This document shows positions 39,676 through 49,495 of a stretch of 64,000 nt of DNA, one piece after another. Positions within the stretch are counted from its first letter, which is position 1. Each line of letters starts with the position of its first letter. The translations under genes and the position numbers were made by a program. A model generated the notes under the pieces. That model saw only the letters and a list, made by a program, of their open reading frames with translations. It searched no databases and was not told where the DNA came from. Source of the DNA: an uncultured Dehalococcoidales bacterium (GTDB lineage Bacteria > Chloroflexota > Dehalococcoidia > E44-bin15); the NCBI GenBank assembly GCA_964428725.1, contig CAYRYW010000001.1, positions 73,238 through 137,237 of the forward strand. Reading direction: 5' to 3'.

Positions 39676-40794
39676 TTGGATATACATTCAGTATCCGATG
39701 TAACAGGATATATCCGTGATTTACTGGATGAAGACGATTTGCTCTCAGACATATGGGTCAGCGGGGAGGTGTCCAACCTGTCTGAGTCGGCGGCAGGGCA
39801 CATGTATTTCACCCTCAAGGACGAGTCCAGCCAGCTCCGGTGTGTCCTGTTCAATTCCTCTCGGTTGGCCGTCTCGATAAGCAACGGCATGGCGGCTGTG
39901 GCACACGGGCATATCTCCATCTACGAGGTGTCTGGCGCGCTGCAATTGTATGTCGACGTTGTCCAGCCGGAAGGCGTTGGTGCCCTCCACCTAGAGTTCG
40001 AGCGACTCAAGACCAGGCTGGAGGGCGAGGGGCTTTTCGATCCATCGCGCAAGAGGCCGCTGCCGGCATTTCCACGGCGCATCGCGGTGATCACCTCGCC
40101 CGATGGGGCAGCGTTACGTGACATAATTAACGTTGTCGGCAGGCGCTATCCGCTGGCGGAGCTGCTGGTGTGTCCCACGCCGGTACAGGGCGATATGGCG
40201 GTTCCGGGCATCGTCCGTGCATTCGAAGCGCTAAATCGCGCCGATAGCGTCGATGTGGTGATCCTGGCACGAGGGGGCGGTTCGCTGGAAGACCTGTGGG
40301 CCTTCAACGATGAGGCGGTGGCGCGCGCCATCTATGCCTGCAGGGCGCCGGTGGTCAGCGGGGTGGGACACGAGACCGATTACACCATAGCAGACTTCGT
40401 CGCCGACATGCGCGCACCCACGCCATCGGCGGCTGCCGAGCTGGCCGTGCCCAGCAGCAGCGAGCTGCAGGCACACCTCAGGTCGCTGGCGAGATCGCTG
40501 GAGTCCTTGCTCTCGGGCAGGATCGAACGCTTCCGTCAGCGAATCGACGAATTGAACCGCGCTGCAGCCACTTATTTAACCAGTCGATTGGCCATCGCCA
40601 AAGAGAAATTCCGCGCCGTGGAGCTTGAACTGATGACTTTGAGTCCGCTGGCCACTCTCGAGCGGGGGTATGCCATAGTGCAGCGCGCCGACAGTGGAGA
40701 AGTCGTATCGCGAATTGAACAGGTCAGCAGCGGGGATTGCGTGCAGGTCATGGTCAGCGATGGCCGGTTTGCCGGACAGGTTACTGAGGTATAA
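39676..40794 (+). CDS. xseA: Exodeoxyribonuclease VII large subunit
   Basis: GEVSN...HMYFTLKD, ARGGGSLEDLWAF, GHETD and APTPSAAAE motifs. Confidence 0.95.
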   Translation: MDIHSVSDVTGYIRDLLDEDDLLSDIWVSGEVSNLSESAAGHMYFTLKDESSQLRCVLFNSSRLAVSISNGMAAVAHGHISIYEVSGALQLYVDVVQPEGVGALHLEFERLKTRLEGEGLFDPSRKRPLPAFPRRIAVITSPDGAALRDIINVVGRRYPLAELLVCPTPVQGDMAVPGIVRAFEALNRADSVDVVILARGGGSLEDLWAFNDEAVARAIYACRAPVVSGVGHETDYTIADFVADMRAPTPSAAAELAVPSSSELQAHLRSLARSLESLLSGRIERFRQRIDELNRAAATYLTSRLAIAKEKFRAVELELMTLSPLATLERGYAIVQRADSGEVVSRIEQVSSGDCVQVMVSDGRFAGQVTEV

Positions 40795-40807
40795 AGGGGG
40801 TTACGGG

Positions 40808-41023
40808 ATGGATGACGGGCTTTCCTTCGAAGAAGCGTTAGCGCGGCTGGAGAAGATAACACAGACCCTGGAACAGGGGGGGCTGAAGCTGGACGAGTCC
40901 CTGGCGCTGTTCGAGGAGGGCGTGCAGCTTGCCAGGATATGCAATGAGCGTTTGAACAGTGCCGAGCTAAAGGTAAACCAGCTCTATACCCTGGTCGATC
41001 AGGATGAGGAAAGCGAAGGCTGA
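40808..41023 (+). CDS. xseB: Exodeoxyribonuclease VII small subunit
   Basis: SFEEALARLEKI...LDESLALFEEG. Confidence 0.95.
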   Translation: MDDGLSFEEALARLEKITQTLEQGGLKLDESLALFEEGVQLARICNERLNSAELKVNQLYTLVDQDEESEG

Positions 41024-41028
41024 TCCGC

Positions 41029-41670
41029 TTGGTAAAGGCCGACCTTCACATCCACACCATTCACTCCGGCGACTCCAGGATACAGCCGGAGCAGCTGGTA
41101 GAATGCTGCACGCGCTGCGGGATCGACTGTGTAGCCGTCACCGATCATAATACTATCGCCGGGGCGCTGGAGGTACGCAAGATAGCGCCGTTCAAGGTGA
41201 TCGTGAGCGAGGAGATACATACTGACGATGGAGAGGTCATCGGTTACTTCATCGAGGAGGAGATACCCAAACGCCTTCCCGTCAAAGAGACGGTTGCCCG
41301 CATAAAAGGCCAGGGGGGACTGGTGGCGGTGCCGCACCCTTTCGACCGGTTGCGGGGCTCAGCCATCAGGCGAAGGGCGCTGGAGGAGATCCTGCCCGAG
41401 ATCGACATCATTGAAGTGCTGAACGCGCGCTCTTTCATGAAGCGCTATAATACCATGGCGGAACGTTTCGCGCAAAGGCACGGGCTGCTGGCCAGCGCTG
41501 GCAGCGATGCTCACACGCCGGGCGAGATCGGCAGGGCATATGTGGAGATGCCGGATTTCGATGGCAGGGACAGCTTCCTCATGGCCCTGGCGCAGGGTAA
41601 GATCATGGGACAGGTGTCGCCACGTCTGGTCCACTTGAAGAGCACCTGGGCCAGGCTGAAGGGGTTGTAA
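41029..41670 (+). CDS. PHP-domain protein
   Basis: DLHIHT, VTDHN, HPF and GSDAH motifs. Confidence 0.9.
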   Translation: MVKADLHIHTIHSGDSRIQPEQLVECCTRCGIDCVAVTDHNTIAGALEVRKIAPFKVIVSEEIHTDDGEVIGYFIEEEIPKRLPVKETVARIKGQGGLVAVPHPFDRLRGSAIRRRALEEILPEIDIIEVLNARSFMKRYNTMAERFAQRHGLLASAGSDAHTPGEIGRAYVEMPDFDGRDSFLMALAQGKIMGQVSPRLVHLKSTWARLKGL

Positions 41671-41671
41671 G

Positions 41672-42478
41672 GTGCGCGGCGGGTATCGACTCGGCTGGTT
41701 CTCCACAGGGCGCGGCGAAGGCTCGCGCAACCTGCTGCGCGCGGTATGGGACAGCATCACCTCGGGTGAGATAAAGGCGGACATATCCTTCGTCTTCTGC
41801 AACCGTGAATACGGCCAGGCCGAGGGCAGCGACGCATTTATCGATCAGGTTAAAGGCTACAGCATACCACTCGTCTGCGTATCGTCAAAGAAGTTCAGGG
41901 ACAAATACGGCGACCAGTGGCGGCCCAGGTTCGAGGAGGCGGCGATAGAGAGCCTCGCGGGATACGATGCAGACCTCGTCGTCCTCGCCGGCTACATGCT
42001 GGTCGTCGGCGCCGATATGTGTCGGCGCTACCCCATGCTGAACCTGCACCCCGCCCTTCCCGGCGGGCCGAAGGGGACGTGGAAAGAGGTCATCTGGGAG
42101 CTGATGGACAGGGGCGCGGTCGATACCGGCGTGATGATGCACCGCGCCACGCCGGTGCTGGACGAGGGCCCGGCGGTGACCTACTGCAGGTTCTCCATAC
42201 GCGGCGAGCCTTTCGATAAGCTATGGGACGACATACAGGATCGTTCCGTCGCCGATATACAAAATCAGGAAGGCGAGGAGAATGCGCTGTTCAGGGAGAT
42301 ACGTCGGCATGGTGCGTCGCGCGAGCTGCCGCTGATCGTCGCCACCATCAAGGCCTTCAGCCAGGGGCGTGTGCGCATCGAGGGCAATGGCATCGTCGAT
42401 AGCAGGGGTAAACCGATAGAGGCGTACGACCTGAGCATGGAGGTGGATAAGGCGGTTCAGTCGTCATTATCCGCCTGA
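41672..42478 (+). CDS. Formyltransferase-family protein (PurN-like)
   Basis: WFSTGRG, LAGYML, NLHPALPGGP, H...DEGP motifs. Confidence 0.8.
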   Translation: MRGGYRLGWFSTGRGEGSRNLLRAVWDSITSGEIKADISFVFCNREYGQAEGSDAFIDQVKGYSIPLVCVSSKKFRDKYGDQWRPRFEEAAIESLAGYDADLVVLAGYMLVVGADMCRRYPMLNLHPALPGGPKGTWKEVIWELMDRGAVDTGVMMHRATPVLDEGPAVTYCRFSIRGEPFDKLWDDIQDRSVADIQNQEGEENALFREIRRHGASRELPLIVATIKAFSQGRVRIEGNGIVDSRGKPIEAYDLSMEVDKAVQSSLSA

Positions 42479-42865
42479 GGCGAATGATCCAGATGTAGGG
42501 GCGAATGACTATTCGCCCTTCTAGATTGCCCGATCAAGTCAGGAAATGACGATTATGAGTGGGGTGATCACAGGAGTGTCGCCGGTGTCGTTGCGAGGAG
42601 TGGAGCGACGAAGCAATCCCGGTGGTGTGTGGCAGGGTGATGACGGGTGTGAAGGCGGGCGATGAGATTGCTTCGCCTCCGCCTGAGGCGGGCGGATGGG
42701 CTCGCAATGACAGAAGGTGAATGTGGGCGTTGAGATTGCCGCGCTCGCTTCGCTCGCTCGCAATGACAGAGGGAGATTGCGTTTGCCTGCAGTGGTGTGA
42801 CGAATGTTGTGTCTTACGTGTCATTGCGAGGAGTTCGCCTCTGGCGAAACGACGAAGCAATCTCT
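42462..42865. repeat. Cluster of REP-like palindromes: four TGTC-tagged units, one GTAG-tagged hairpin and one CGTC-tagged hairpin
   Basis: TGTCRTTGCGAG...GCAATC units at 42586-42620 (+), 42664-42712 (-), 42732-42768 (-) and 42819-42865 (+); GTAG-GGGCGAAT-gact-ATTCGCCC at 42495-42518; CGTC-tagged hairpin at 42462-42487. Confidence 0.85.
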
Positions 42866-42911
42866 AGGTTAGTCGTAACATGAGCAGAAGGTTGATGGGA
42901 GTGAGCAGCAG

Positions 42912-43883
42912 ATGAACCTCATCTTCTTCGACATGGAAGGACCCCTGTCGATGCAGGACAACGCCTGCGAGATGATGAAGCTGTTCCCCCGCGGCGGCGA
43001 GATATTCGACGTCATCAAACGCTACGATAGCCTGCTCGCTGCTGAAGGCGGCGACCACTACGACCCCGGGTACGGCGTGGCGCTCATAGTCCCGTTCCTG
43101 ATCCACCACGGCATCACGGTCGATGACATGAGCCGCCTTGCCGACAGGGCGGTCATCATTGATGGCGCCCGCGAGCTCATCGCCAGCCTCAAGCGATGGC
43201 AGGTTTTCTGCGTTACCACCAGCTACGAGCAGTACGTCGCCCGCATCATGCAGCGCGTGGGCATCGATCGGCATAACGTCGCCTGCACCCGTTTCCCCCT
43301 GCAGCGCTACCGCAGCCTGGCGTGTGAAAATGACCATGCGCTGGTGCACCGTATCGAGGAGGAGATGCTCTCCCTGAGTCGCGAGGACGTCGCTGGCATT
43401 AAGTCGTGCCTTGACCGCTTCTTCAAGGTGGAGCTGCCCCGCACCAGCTTCGGTGTAGCCATCGCGGAGATGAAGCCCATGGGCGGGCGACCGAAAGCGG
43501 CGGCCCTGCGGAATTTCGCCCGCATCCGCGGCCAGTTCCCTGAACAGGTGGTGGCTGTCGGCGATAGCATCACCGATTCGCGCATGCTGGAGACCGTCGA
43601 CCGCGAGGGAGGGCTGGCCATCGCCTTCAACGCCAGCGAGCACGCACTGTACTACGCCACCGTCGGTCTTGCCTCGACCAGCATCGCTGACCTCAAACCG
43701 ATCCTGGACATTTGGGAGAAAGGTGGACGGGAAGCGGTCAAACAGGCAATCGAACGAGAGTCGAAAAAACAGACTGAGAGTTCGAAGTTCCAGTGGCTCG
43801 CCGACCGCTGCAATTTGGATGAAGCACTCCAGCTACACCGCAAAGCCCGACAGCGGGTGCGGCAGACGGCCGGGCTTGGTTGA
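42912..43883 (+). CDS. HAD-superfamily hydrolase (EhaR-like)
   Basis: FFDMEGPLSMQDNA motif I, VTTSY, VGDSITD motif III/IV. Confidence 0.75.
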   Translation: MNLIFFDMEGPLSMQDNACEMMKLFPRGGEIFDVIKRYDSLLAAEGGDHYDPGYGVALIVPFLIHHGITVDDMSRLADRAVIIDGARELIASLKRWQVFCVTTSYEQYVARIMQRVGIDRHNVACTRFPLQRYRSLACENDHALVHRIEEEMLSLSREDVAGIKSCLDRFFKVELPRTSFGVAIAEMKPMGGRPKAAALRNFARIRGQFPEQVVAVGDSITDSRMLETVDREGGLAIAFNASEHALYYATVGLASTSIADLKPILDIWEKGGREAVKQAIERESKKQTESSKFQWLADRCNLDEALQLHRKARQRVRQTAGLG

Positions 43884-44016
43884 CACCGTCGCAAGGTAGA
43901 TGTCCCGTCAGAATGGATGTTGCGGCATCGAGCGCCACAGGCTATAATTTACGTTTGAATGATGATTTAAAATATGATGAGCAACAATCGCAATAATATC
44001 TTAAGGAGGTAAGTCG

Positions 44017-44913
44017 TTGAAACTGGAAGACATAAAAACTGTGGCAGTCATTGGAGGGGGAACGATGGGCTCGCAGATAGCCGAGCTGCTGTCCAAGGTC
44101 GGCGGGTATCAGGTGGTCCTGTGGTCGCGCAAGGACGAGACGGTAAAGCGGGGGGTTGACGCCATAAACGACAGGCTGCAGAAGTTTTTCGTCGACAAGC
44201 AGAAGATGACGGCGGCGGAAAAAGACGAGATCATGGGTCGCATCACCGGCACCACCGACATGGCCGCCGCAGTGAAGAACGCCGACTACGTGATTGAGTC
44301 CGCCGTCGAGGTGCTCGATATCAAGAAGGAGATATTCAAGGTGCTGGATGAGAACGCGCCGGCGGAGACCATCCTCGCCTCGAACTCCTCCCAGTTGAAT
44401 ATAACGGACATGGCCAGCGTCACCGGGCGGCCGGAAAAGGTGCTGGGGATGCACTTCGCTAATCCTGTCGGTGTGATGAAGCTGGTGGAGGTGGTCCGCG
44501 GCTCGCTGACCTCGGACGAGGCGGTGGAGCTGACGTCAGCGCTGGCCGAGAAGCTGGGGAAAGAGCCCATCGGGTGCAAGGACTTCAGCTTCGGCTTCAT
44601 CGGCAACCGGGTGTACCGCGCGCTGAGGTGGGAGGCGCTGCAGATGGTATGGGAGCGGGTGGCCTCGCCGCAGGACATCGATAGGGCGCTGAAGCTGGGT
44701 TTCAACTTCCCCATGGGCCCGTTCGAGCTGGGGGACTACAGCGGGGCGTGGGGCACCTACGCCATATCGGAGGCGGACGCCATCCGCGAGCTGGGGCCGG
44801 AGAAGGGGCACCTTCATCCGCTGATCCGGGTCATGGTGAGGGCGGGCTACACCGGCGGGCGGCACGGCAAGGGCATCTACGCCTTCTGGGACGAAGTCAT
44901 GTCCAAGTGGTAA
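44017..44913 (+). CDS. 3-hydroxyacyl-CoA dehydrogenase family protein
   Basis: VIGGGTMGSQIA, ESAVE, SNSS, GMHFANP and PMGPFEL motifs. Confidence 0.9.
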   Translation: MKLEDIKTVAVIGGGTMGSQIAELLSKVGGYQVVLWSRKDETVKRGVDAINDRLQKFFVDKQKMTAAEKDEIMGRITGTTDMAAAVKNADYVIESAVEVLDIKKEIFKVLDENAPAETILASNSSQLNITDMASVTGRPEKVLGMHFANPVGVMKLVEVVRGSLTSDEAVELTSALAEKLGKEPIGCKDFSFGFIGNRVYRALRWEALQMVWERVASPQDIDRALKLGFNFPMGPFELGDYSGAWGTYAISEADAIRELGPEKGHLHPLIRVMVRAGYTGGRHGKGIYAFWDEVMSKW

Positions 44914-44942
44914 AAAGGATTAATCGAAAATCGCCAAACGAA

Positions 44943-44975
44943 AAGGGCGCGGGATGAAACCTGCGCCCTTGTTTA
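44943..44975. terminator. Probable bidirectional terminator between convergent genes
   Basis: AAGGGCGCGGG-atgaaa-CCTGCGCCCTT hairpin with A-tract before and T-rich tract after. Confidence 0.6.
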
Positions 44976-44992
44976 TTCTTGATTCCTGTCGC

Positions 44993-45766
44993 TTACCGAC
45001 CCTTGAAGACCGGCTTCCGCTTCTCGGCGAAGGCCTTGGGGCCCTCCTTGGCATCCTCGGTGTCCAGCAGCTTGTCCACCAGGTCCAGCTCCAGCTGCAT
45101 ACCATCATCCAGCGGCATACTGGTGCCCCGTATCATGGCCTCCTTGGCGGCTCTCACCGCCAGCGGGCCGTTCTGGGCGATACGTTCGGCGTAGGCCTCA
45201 GCCGTCGGCATCAGCTCCTCAGAGGGAACCACCTTATTCACCAGACCGACGCGGTAGGCTTCATCCGCATCGATGGAAGCGCCGGTCAGCAGCATCTCGG
45301 CGGCGATGGCCCGGGGGATCACACGCGGCAGCCGCTGCGTGCCGCCCCAGCCCGGGATCAGGTTCCACTTCACTTCAGGGACGCTGAGCTTGATACCTCT
45401 GGCGGCGATCCTGATATCGCAGGCCAGTGCCAGCTCCAGCCCCCCGCCCATGGCGAAACCGTTGATGGCAGCGATGAACGGCTTCCATACGTCCAGCCCC
45501 CGCTGGATAAGGGGCGGCGCGCCCTCTCCCGGCGAGGGCAGTTTGTCCGCTCCGGGGACCAGCGCCTTAAGGTCGAAACCGGCCGAGAACGCCTTGTCGC
45601 CGGCTCCGGTAACGATGGCCACCCACGCATCGGGGTCATCCCTGAACGCCAGAGTGGCATCGCTGAACTCCTTGATGGTCGGCGGATCGAAGGCATTCAT
45701 CGCATCCGGTCGGTTGATGGTGAAGTAGGCGACATGGCCCCTCTTCTCATACAGGATATTCGGCAT
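44993..45766 (-). CDS. Enoyl-CoA hydratase/isomerase family protein
   Basis: INRPDAMNA, FSAGFDL, AINGFAMGGGLELALACD, PE and PGWGG motifs. Confidence 0.92.
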   Translation of the reverse strand: MPNILYEKRGHVAYFTINRPDAMNAFDPPTIKEFSDATLAFRDDPDAWVAIVTGAGDKAFSAGFDLKALVPGADKLPSPGEGAPPLIQRGLDVWKPFIAAINGFAMGGGLELALACDIRIAARGIKLSVPEVKWNLIPGWGGTQRLPRVIPRAIAAEMLLTGASIDADEAYRVGLVNKVVPSEELMPTAEAYAERIAQNGPLAVRAAKEAMIRGTSMPLDDGMQLELDLVDKLLDTEDAKEGPKAFAEKRKPVFKGR

Positions 45767-45799
45767 TTAGTTTGCTTCCTCCTTTAAATCGTTCTTTCA

Positions 45800-46393
45800 C
45801 TACTTGTTGACAGCGAGGATCTCATCCACGATGCCGTATTCTACCGCCTGCTCCGCGCTGAGGTAAAAATCGCGGTCGGTATCCTTGGCAACCTTATCCA
45901 GTGGCTGTCCGGTGTGATTCGCTATGATGGTGCGCAGCTTCTCCTGCATCCTGATTATCTCCTTGGCGGCGATGGCGATATCCGCCGCCTGCCCCTGGGC
46001 GCCCCCCATCGGCTGGTGCATGTGTATGGTGGAATTGGGTAAGGCATAGCGTTTGCCCTTTGCCCCCGCGCACAGGAGCACCGTGCCGAAACTGGCTGCC
46101 AGACCGACGCAGATGGTAGAGACATCACATTTAATCAACTGCATCGTATCATATATGGCGAACCCGGCGCTGATGACCCCGCCGGGGCAGTGTATATACA
46201 TGCTTATATCCTTGTCCGGATCCTCGCGCTCCAGATACAGCAGCTGTGCAACGATTAGATTCGCTATCTGGTCGGATATCGGCGTCCCCAGGAACACTAT
46301 CCGTTCCTTGAGGAGCAGTGAATAAATATCCATGGTGCGCTCTCCTCGCGCGCTGGTCTCGGTAACGAATGGTATTATGTTTGATGGATTCAT
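45800..46393 (-). CDS. clpP: ATP-dependent Clp protease proteolytic subunit
   Basis: [18 protein letters not shown] (Ser), HQP (His) and DRD motifs. Confidence 0.97.
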   Translation of the reverse strand: MNPSNIIPFVTETSARGERTMDIYSLLLKERIVFLGTPISDQIANLIVAQLLYLEREDPDKDISMYIHCPGGVISAGFAIYDTMQLIKCDVSTICVGLAASFGTVLLCAGAKGKRYALPNSTIHMHQPMGGAQGQAADIAIAAKEIIRMQEKLRTIIANHTGQPLDKVAKDTDRDFYLSAEQAVEYGIVDEILAVNK

Positions 46394-46424
46394 GTTTATC
46401 CTCCCCTATACTTCTGTGTGGCTG

Positions 46425-47843
46425 TTAACCCTGAGGCTGAGCCTCGTCAGCCTGCCCCTCTGTTGCAGATGTTTCAGCTTTAGCATTCGTCTCCCCTGAG
46501 CCTTCGGAGACTACTGTTGCTGGATCACCATCTGCCGTCTGCGGTTTATCCTCTGAGGCTGGCTTGTTGCCCAGTGCCATCTCTACCAGGCACCCTATTG
46601 TCTTTCTGGTTATCAATGTGCCTCTCAGTGTATTGCGGGTTCCCGGGGATTGAAATAGCTTCCTGAGGCTATCGCCATTCTTGCCGGCGTTCTGCGCCAT
46701 GATTTCGATCTCAGCGTCCAATTCTTCATCGCTTATCACAATACTCTGTGCCTCGGCCAGTTTTGACAGAACCATAGAACGCGTTATCTGCCTGCTGGCT
46801 ATGGGGCGGAGTTCATCTCGCAGCTCCTGGCCGCTCTTTTTTTGGTTCTTCAGGTAATCCTCCAAGCTTATCCTTTGAGCCCGCAGCTCGTTCTCCTGCA
46901 TCGAGATGAGACGGTCTATCTCCCTCTCCACCATGACTGTGGGGAACTCGACGCGGGACATATCCGCCAGGGCATCGATCACACGGTTCTCGTGGGTTCT
47001 CCGGGCGTTGTCCTCTGCCATTGCCTGCAGGTGTGTGGTCACATCCTGCCTCAGATCTTCCACGGTCTCAAATCCCTGCCCCAGGCTCCTGGCAAATTCG
47101 TCATCCAGTTCGGGAAGCTTCTGCTGCTTGATTTCCTCAATCCTGACATTGAAGAGGCAGTCCTTCCCCGCGATTTCCTTATCGGAAAAATCTGCAGGGA
47201 GGGCGATGTTCAATTCCCTGGCCTGTCCTATTTCAGCGCCGATCAGCCCCTCGGGGAAACCGGGAGCCGGGACGGGCATGCCCTCGATAACCTGGTACTG
47301 CAGGCCTTTCCTGTCCAGTATGCTCTTGCCTTCCACCTGAGCGGTGACGTCGATGGTAGTCAGATCGCCGAACTGCACCGGCCGTTCCACTGGCTCCCAT
47401 GTGCTGTGCTGCAACCTGAGCTGCTCGATAACACTGCTGGCGTCTTCGTCAGTGACATTTGCCGGTTCCCGGGGGATGCTCAGACCGCCGTAATCGCCCA
47501 GCTCGACCACGGGCATAAGCGGGACGGTGGCTTTGAAGGTTACCGGTTCGATACCGGTGATCTCGATCTCAGGCTGTGCTACAGGTTCAACCTGCCTCTC
47601 ATCGATCGCCTGGTTAATCAACTGAGGCACCAGATTTTTCAGCGCCTCCTCAAGCAGCGCCCCCCTGCCGATGTAGCGCTCCAGCATGTCGCGGGGGGCC
47701 TTGCCCTTGCGGAACCCGGGCACCTGATGCCGCTGCACCAATCGGCGATAGGCCCAATCCAGCGAGCGCTCGACCTCTTCGGGCTCAGCCTCGACCTCGA
47801 ACACTATCTCTCTGTTTTCGGTCTTCTCTGATGCTATCTTCAA
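46425..47843 (-). CDS. tig: Trigger factor
   Basis: PGFRKGKAP ribosome-binding loop, FKBP-like middle domain; tig-clpP order. Confidence 0.95.
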   Translation of the reverse strand: MKIASEKTENREIVFEVEAEPEEVERSLDWAYRRLVQRHQVPGFRKGKAPRDMLERYIGRGALLEEALKNLVPQLINQAIDERQVEPVAQPEIEITGIEPVTFKATVPLMPVVELGDYGGLSIPREPANVTDEDASSVIEQLRLQHSTWEPVERPVQFGDLTTIDVTAQVEGKSILDRKGLQYQVIEGMPVPAPGFPEGLIGAEIGQARELNIALPADFSDKEIAGKDCLFNVRIEEIKQQKLPELDDEFARSLGQGFETVEDLRQDVTTHLQAMAEDNARRTHENRVIDALADMSRVEFPTVMVEREIDRLISMQENELRAQRISLEDYLKNQKKSGQELRDELRPIASRQITRSMVLSKLAEAQSIVISDEELDAEIEIMAQNAGKNGDSLRKLFQSPGTRNTLRGTLITRKTIGCLVEMALGNKPASEDKPQTADGDPATVVSEGSGETNAKAETSATEGQADEAQPQG

Positions 47844-47896
47844 CGGAATGTTCTCACACAGATTATATCATGGAAGGGGTACCGATGCTATAAAAT

Positions 47897-49480
47897 TCAC
47901 CGCTCGATCCATACATCAATGAGCACCGGTATTATCACGGATGAAGGCGAGAAGCCCTTTACGTAAGGCTTCACCAGGTAATATGTCCGGGGGTAGTATA
48001 TGGGAAGCCAGACCGCTTCATTAACCAGAATATACTCGATGTCCCGGTACAGAGATAGCCGTGCATCGCTATCGGTTTCCACGCGGGCCTCCTCCAGCAG
48101 CCGATCCATCTCGCTATTGTTATATCCGATGTGGTTCACTACACTATCGCTATGAAACAGTACGTCGAGGAAGTTCTCCGGGTCCGGGTAGTCCGCTATC
48201 CAGCCGATCTCGAACGCCGTCAGTTCCCGTTGTTGCAGCTCAGTGTAGAAGGTCTGTGGCTCGACGCACTGGATAGACACGTTGGCGCCCAGATTCTCCT
48301 GCCACATCCAGGCGATGGCGCTGCTGATGGCGGACACGCCGACGCACCATCCCGCGGTTGATAATACAATAGATGGCAGCCCGCCGCTGTAACTGGATTC
48401 GTTGAGGAGTTGCCGGGCCAGCGTCACATCGTACCTGAGCCCCTCCAAACTATCGTTGTACCCCGGCATCCCGGGCGGGAGTATGCCGTATGCCGTGGTC
48501 ACAATCCCTTTGGCCAGCACCTCTACCAGCTTTTCCTTGTCGACCGCGTGGCACAGTGCCTGACGCACCCTGACATCATCCAGTGGCGGTGTGCTGACAT
48601 TGAAACCTATGTAGTAGACGGATAGTTCGGAGGCGACTACCAGTTCCCTGTTCAACGGGTTGCTGGTGTCCAGCGCCCTGTCGACATCTGAAGCGCCGAT
48701 AGCAACGATGTCGATCTGGCCATTCTCATACATCATCATGGGGCTTCCCCGCAGGTTGTAGGTAACGCTGTTCAGCCGGGCCTTCCCCCGGTAGAAATCG
48801 TCATTGCGGTGTAGTACGATGATCTGCCCCTCAGCCCAGTAGTGCAGCTTGAAGGGGCCGGTGCCGTCGGGCTGTCGCCACCACTCATCGCCGCTGGCCA
48901 CATTTGCGCTGTTCACCACGAAGGATGTGGGATGGGTCAGCTTGGACAGGAAATACGCCTTGGGGGCATCGATGGTGATCTCCAACGTCCGGTTGTCTAC
49001 AACCTGCACCCCGCTGACCTCTTCTGCCTCGCCGCGGATCTTCTCCCTGAAGCCGACGATATCGCCCAGATACGCCTCGGCCACCGATGAGCCGGTCTGC
49101 GGGTCGGCAGCCCGTTCGATGGAGTACTTGAAATCCGCTGCGGTCAACTCCCTGCCGCTGTGAAACTTTACACCGTCGCGAAGATGGAACGTGTATGTCC
49201 TGCCGTCGGCGCTGACCTCCCAGCTCTCAGCTATATCACCGATGACTTCGAGTTCGCGGTCCAGCGTGACCAGCCCGCTGAAGACATTGACTATGTAGCT
49301 GGCCGAGGACGAATCCGAGCACATGGCCGGATCCAGCGATGAGGGCGATGTGTCGAAAAGGCTCAGGTCACCTGAGCCGGCGGGTGCGCTGCAGCCCGGC
49401 ACTGGCAGGATGGATGCCAGCACCAGCAATGCGGCGACCGCTCGCATCAGTGCTGAGGGTGTGATTCTAATCCAGCGCAT
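47897..49480 (-). CDS. ABC transporter peptide/nickel-binding lipoprotein (OppA/DppA family)
   Basis: Lipobox-like PGC, SLDPA, LRDGVKFHSG, GTGPFKL and WIADYPDP motifs. Confidence 0.9.
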   Translation of the reverse strand: MRWIRITPSALMRAVAALLVLASILPVPGCSAPAGSGDLSLFDTSPSSLDPAMCSDSSSASYIVNVFSGLVTLDRELEVIGDIAESWEVSADGRTYTFHLRDGVKFHSGRELTAADFKYSIERAADPQTGSSVAEAYLGDIVGFREKIRGEAEEVSGVQVVDNRTLEITIDAPKAYFLSKLTHPTSFVVNSANVASGDEWWRQPDGTGPFKLHYWAEGQIIVLHRNDDFYRGKARLNSVTYNLRGSPMMMYENGQIDIVAIGASDVDRALDTSNPLNRELVVASELSVYYIGFNVSTPPLDDVRVRQALCHAVDKEKLVEVLAKGIVTTAYGILPPGMPGYNDSLEGLRYDVTLARQLLNESSYSGGLPSIVLSTAGWCVGVSAISSAIAWMWQENLGANVSIQCVEPQTFYTELQQRELTAFEIGWIADYPDPENFLDVLFHSDSVVNHIGYNNSEMDRLLEEARVETDSDARLSLYRDIEYILVNEAVWLPIYYPRTYYLVKPYVKGFSPSSVIIPVLIDVWIER

Positions 49481-49495
49481 GGCTAACCTGCGGCG

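Noticed and set aside
42586-42865. Repeat cluster as a CRISPR array
   Set aside because: Units alternate in orientation, vary in length and internal sequence, spacing is irregular, and there are no cas genes.
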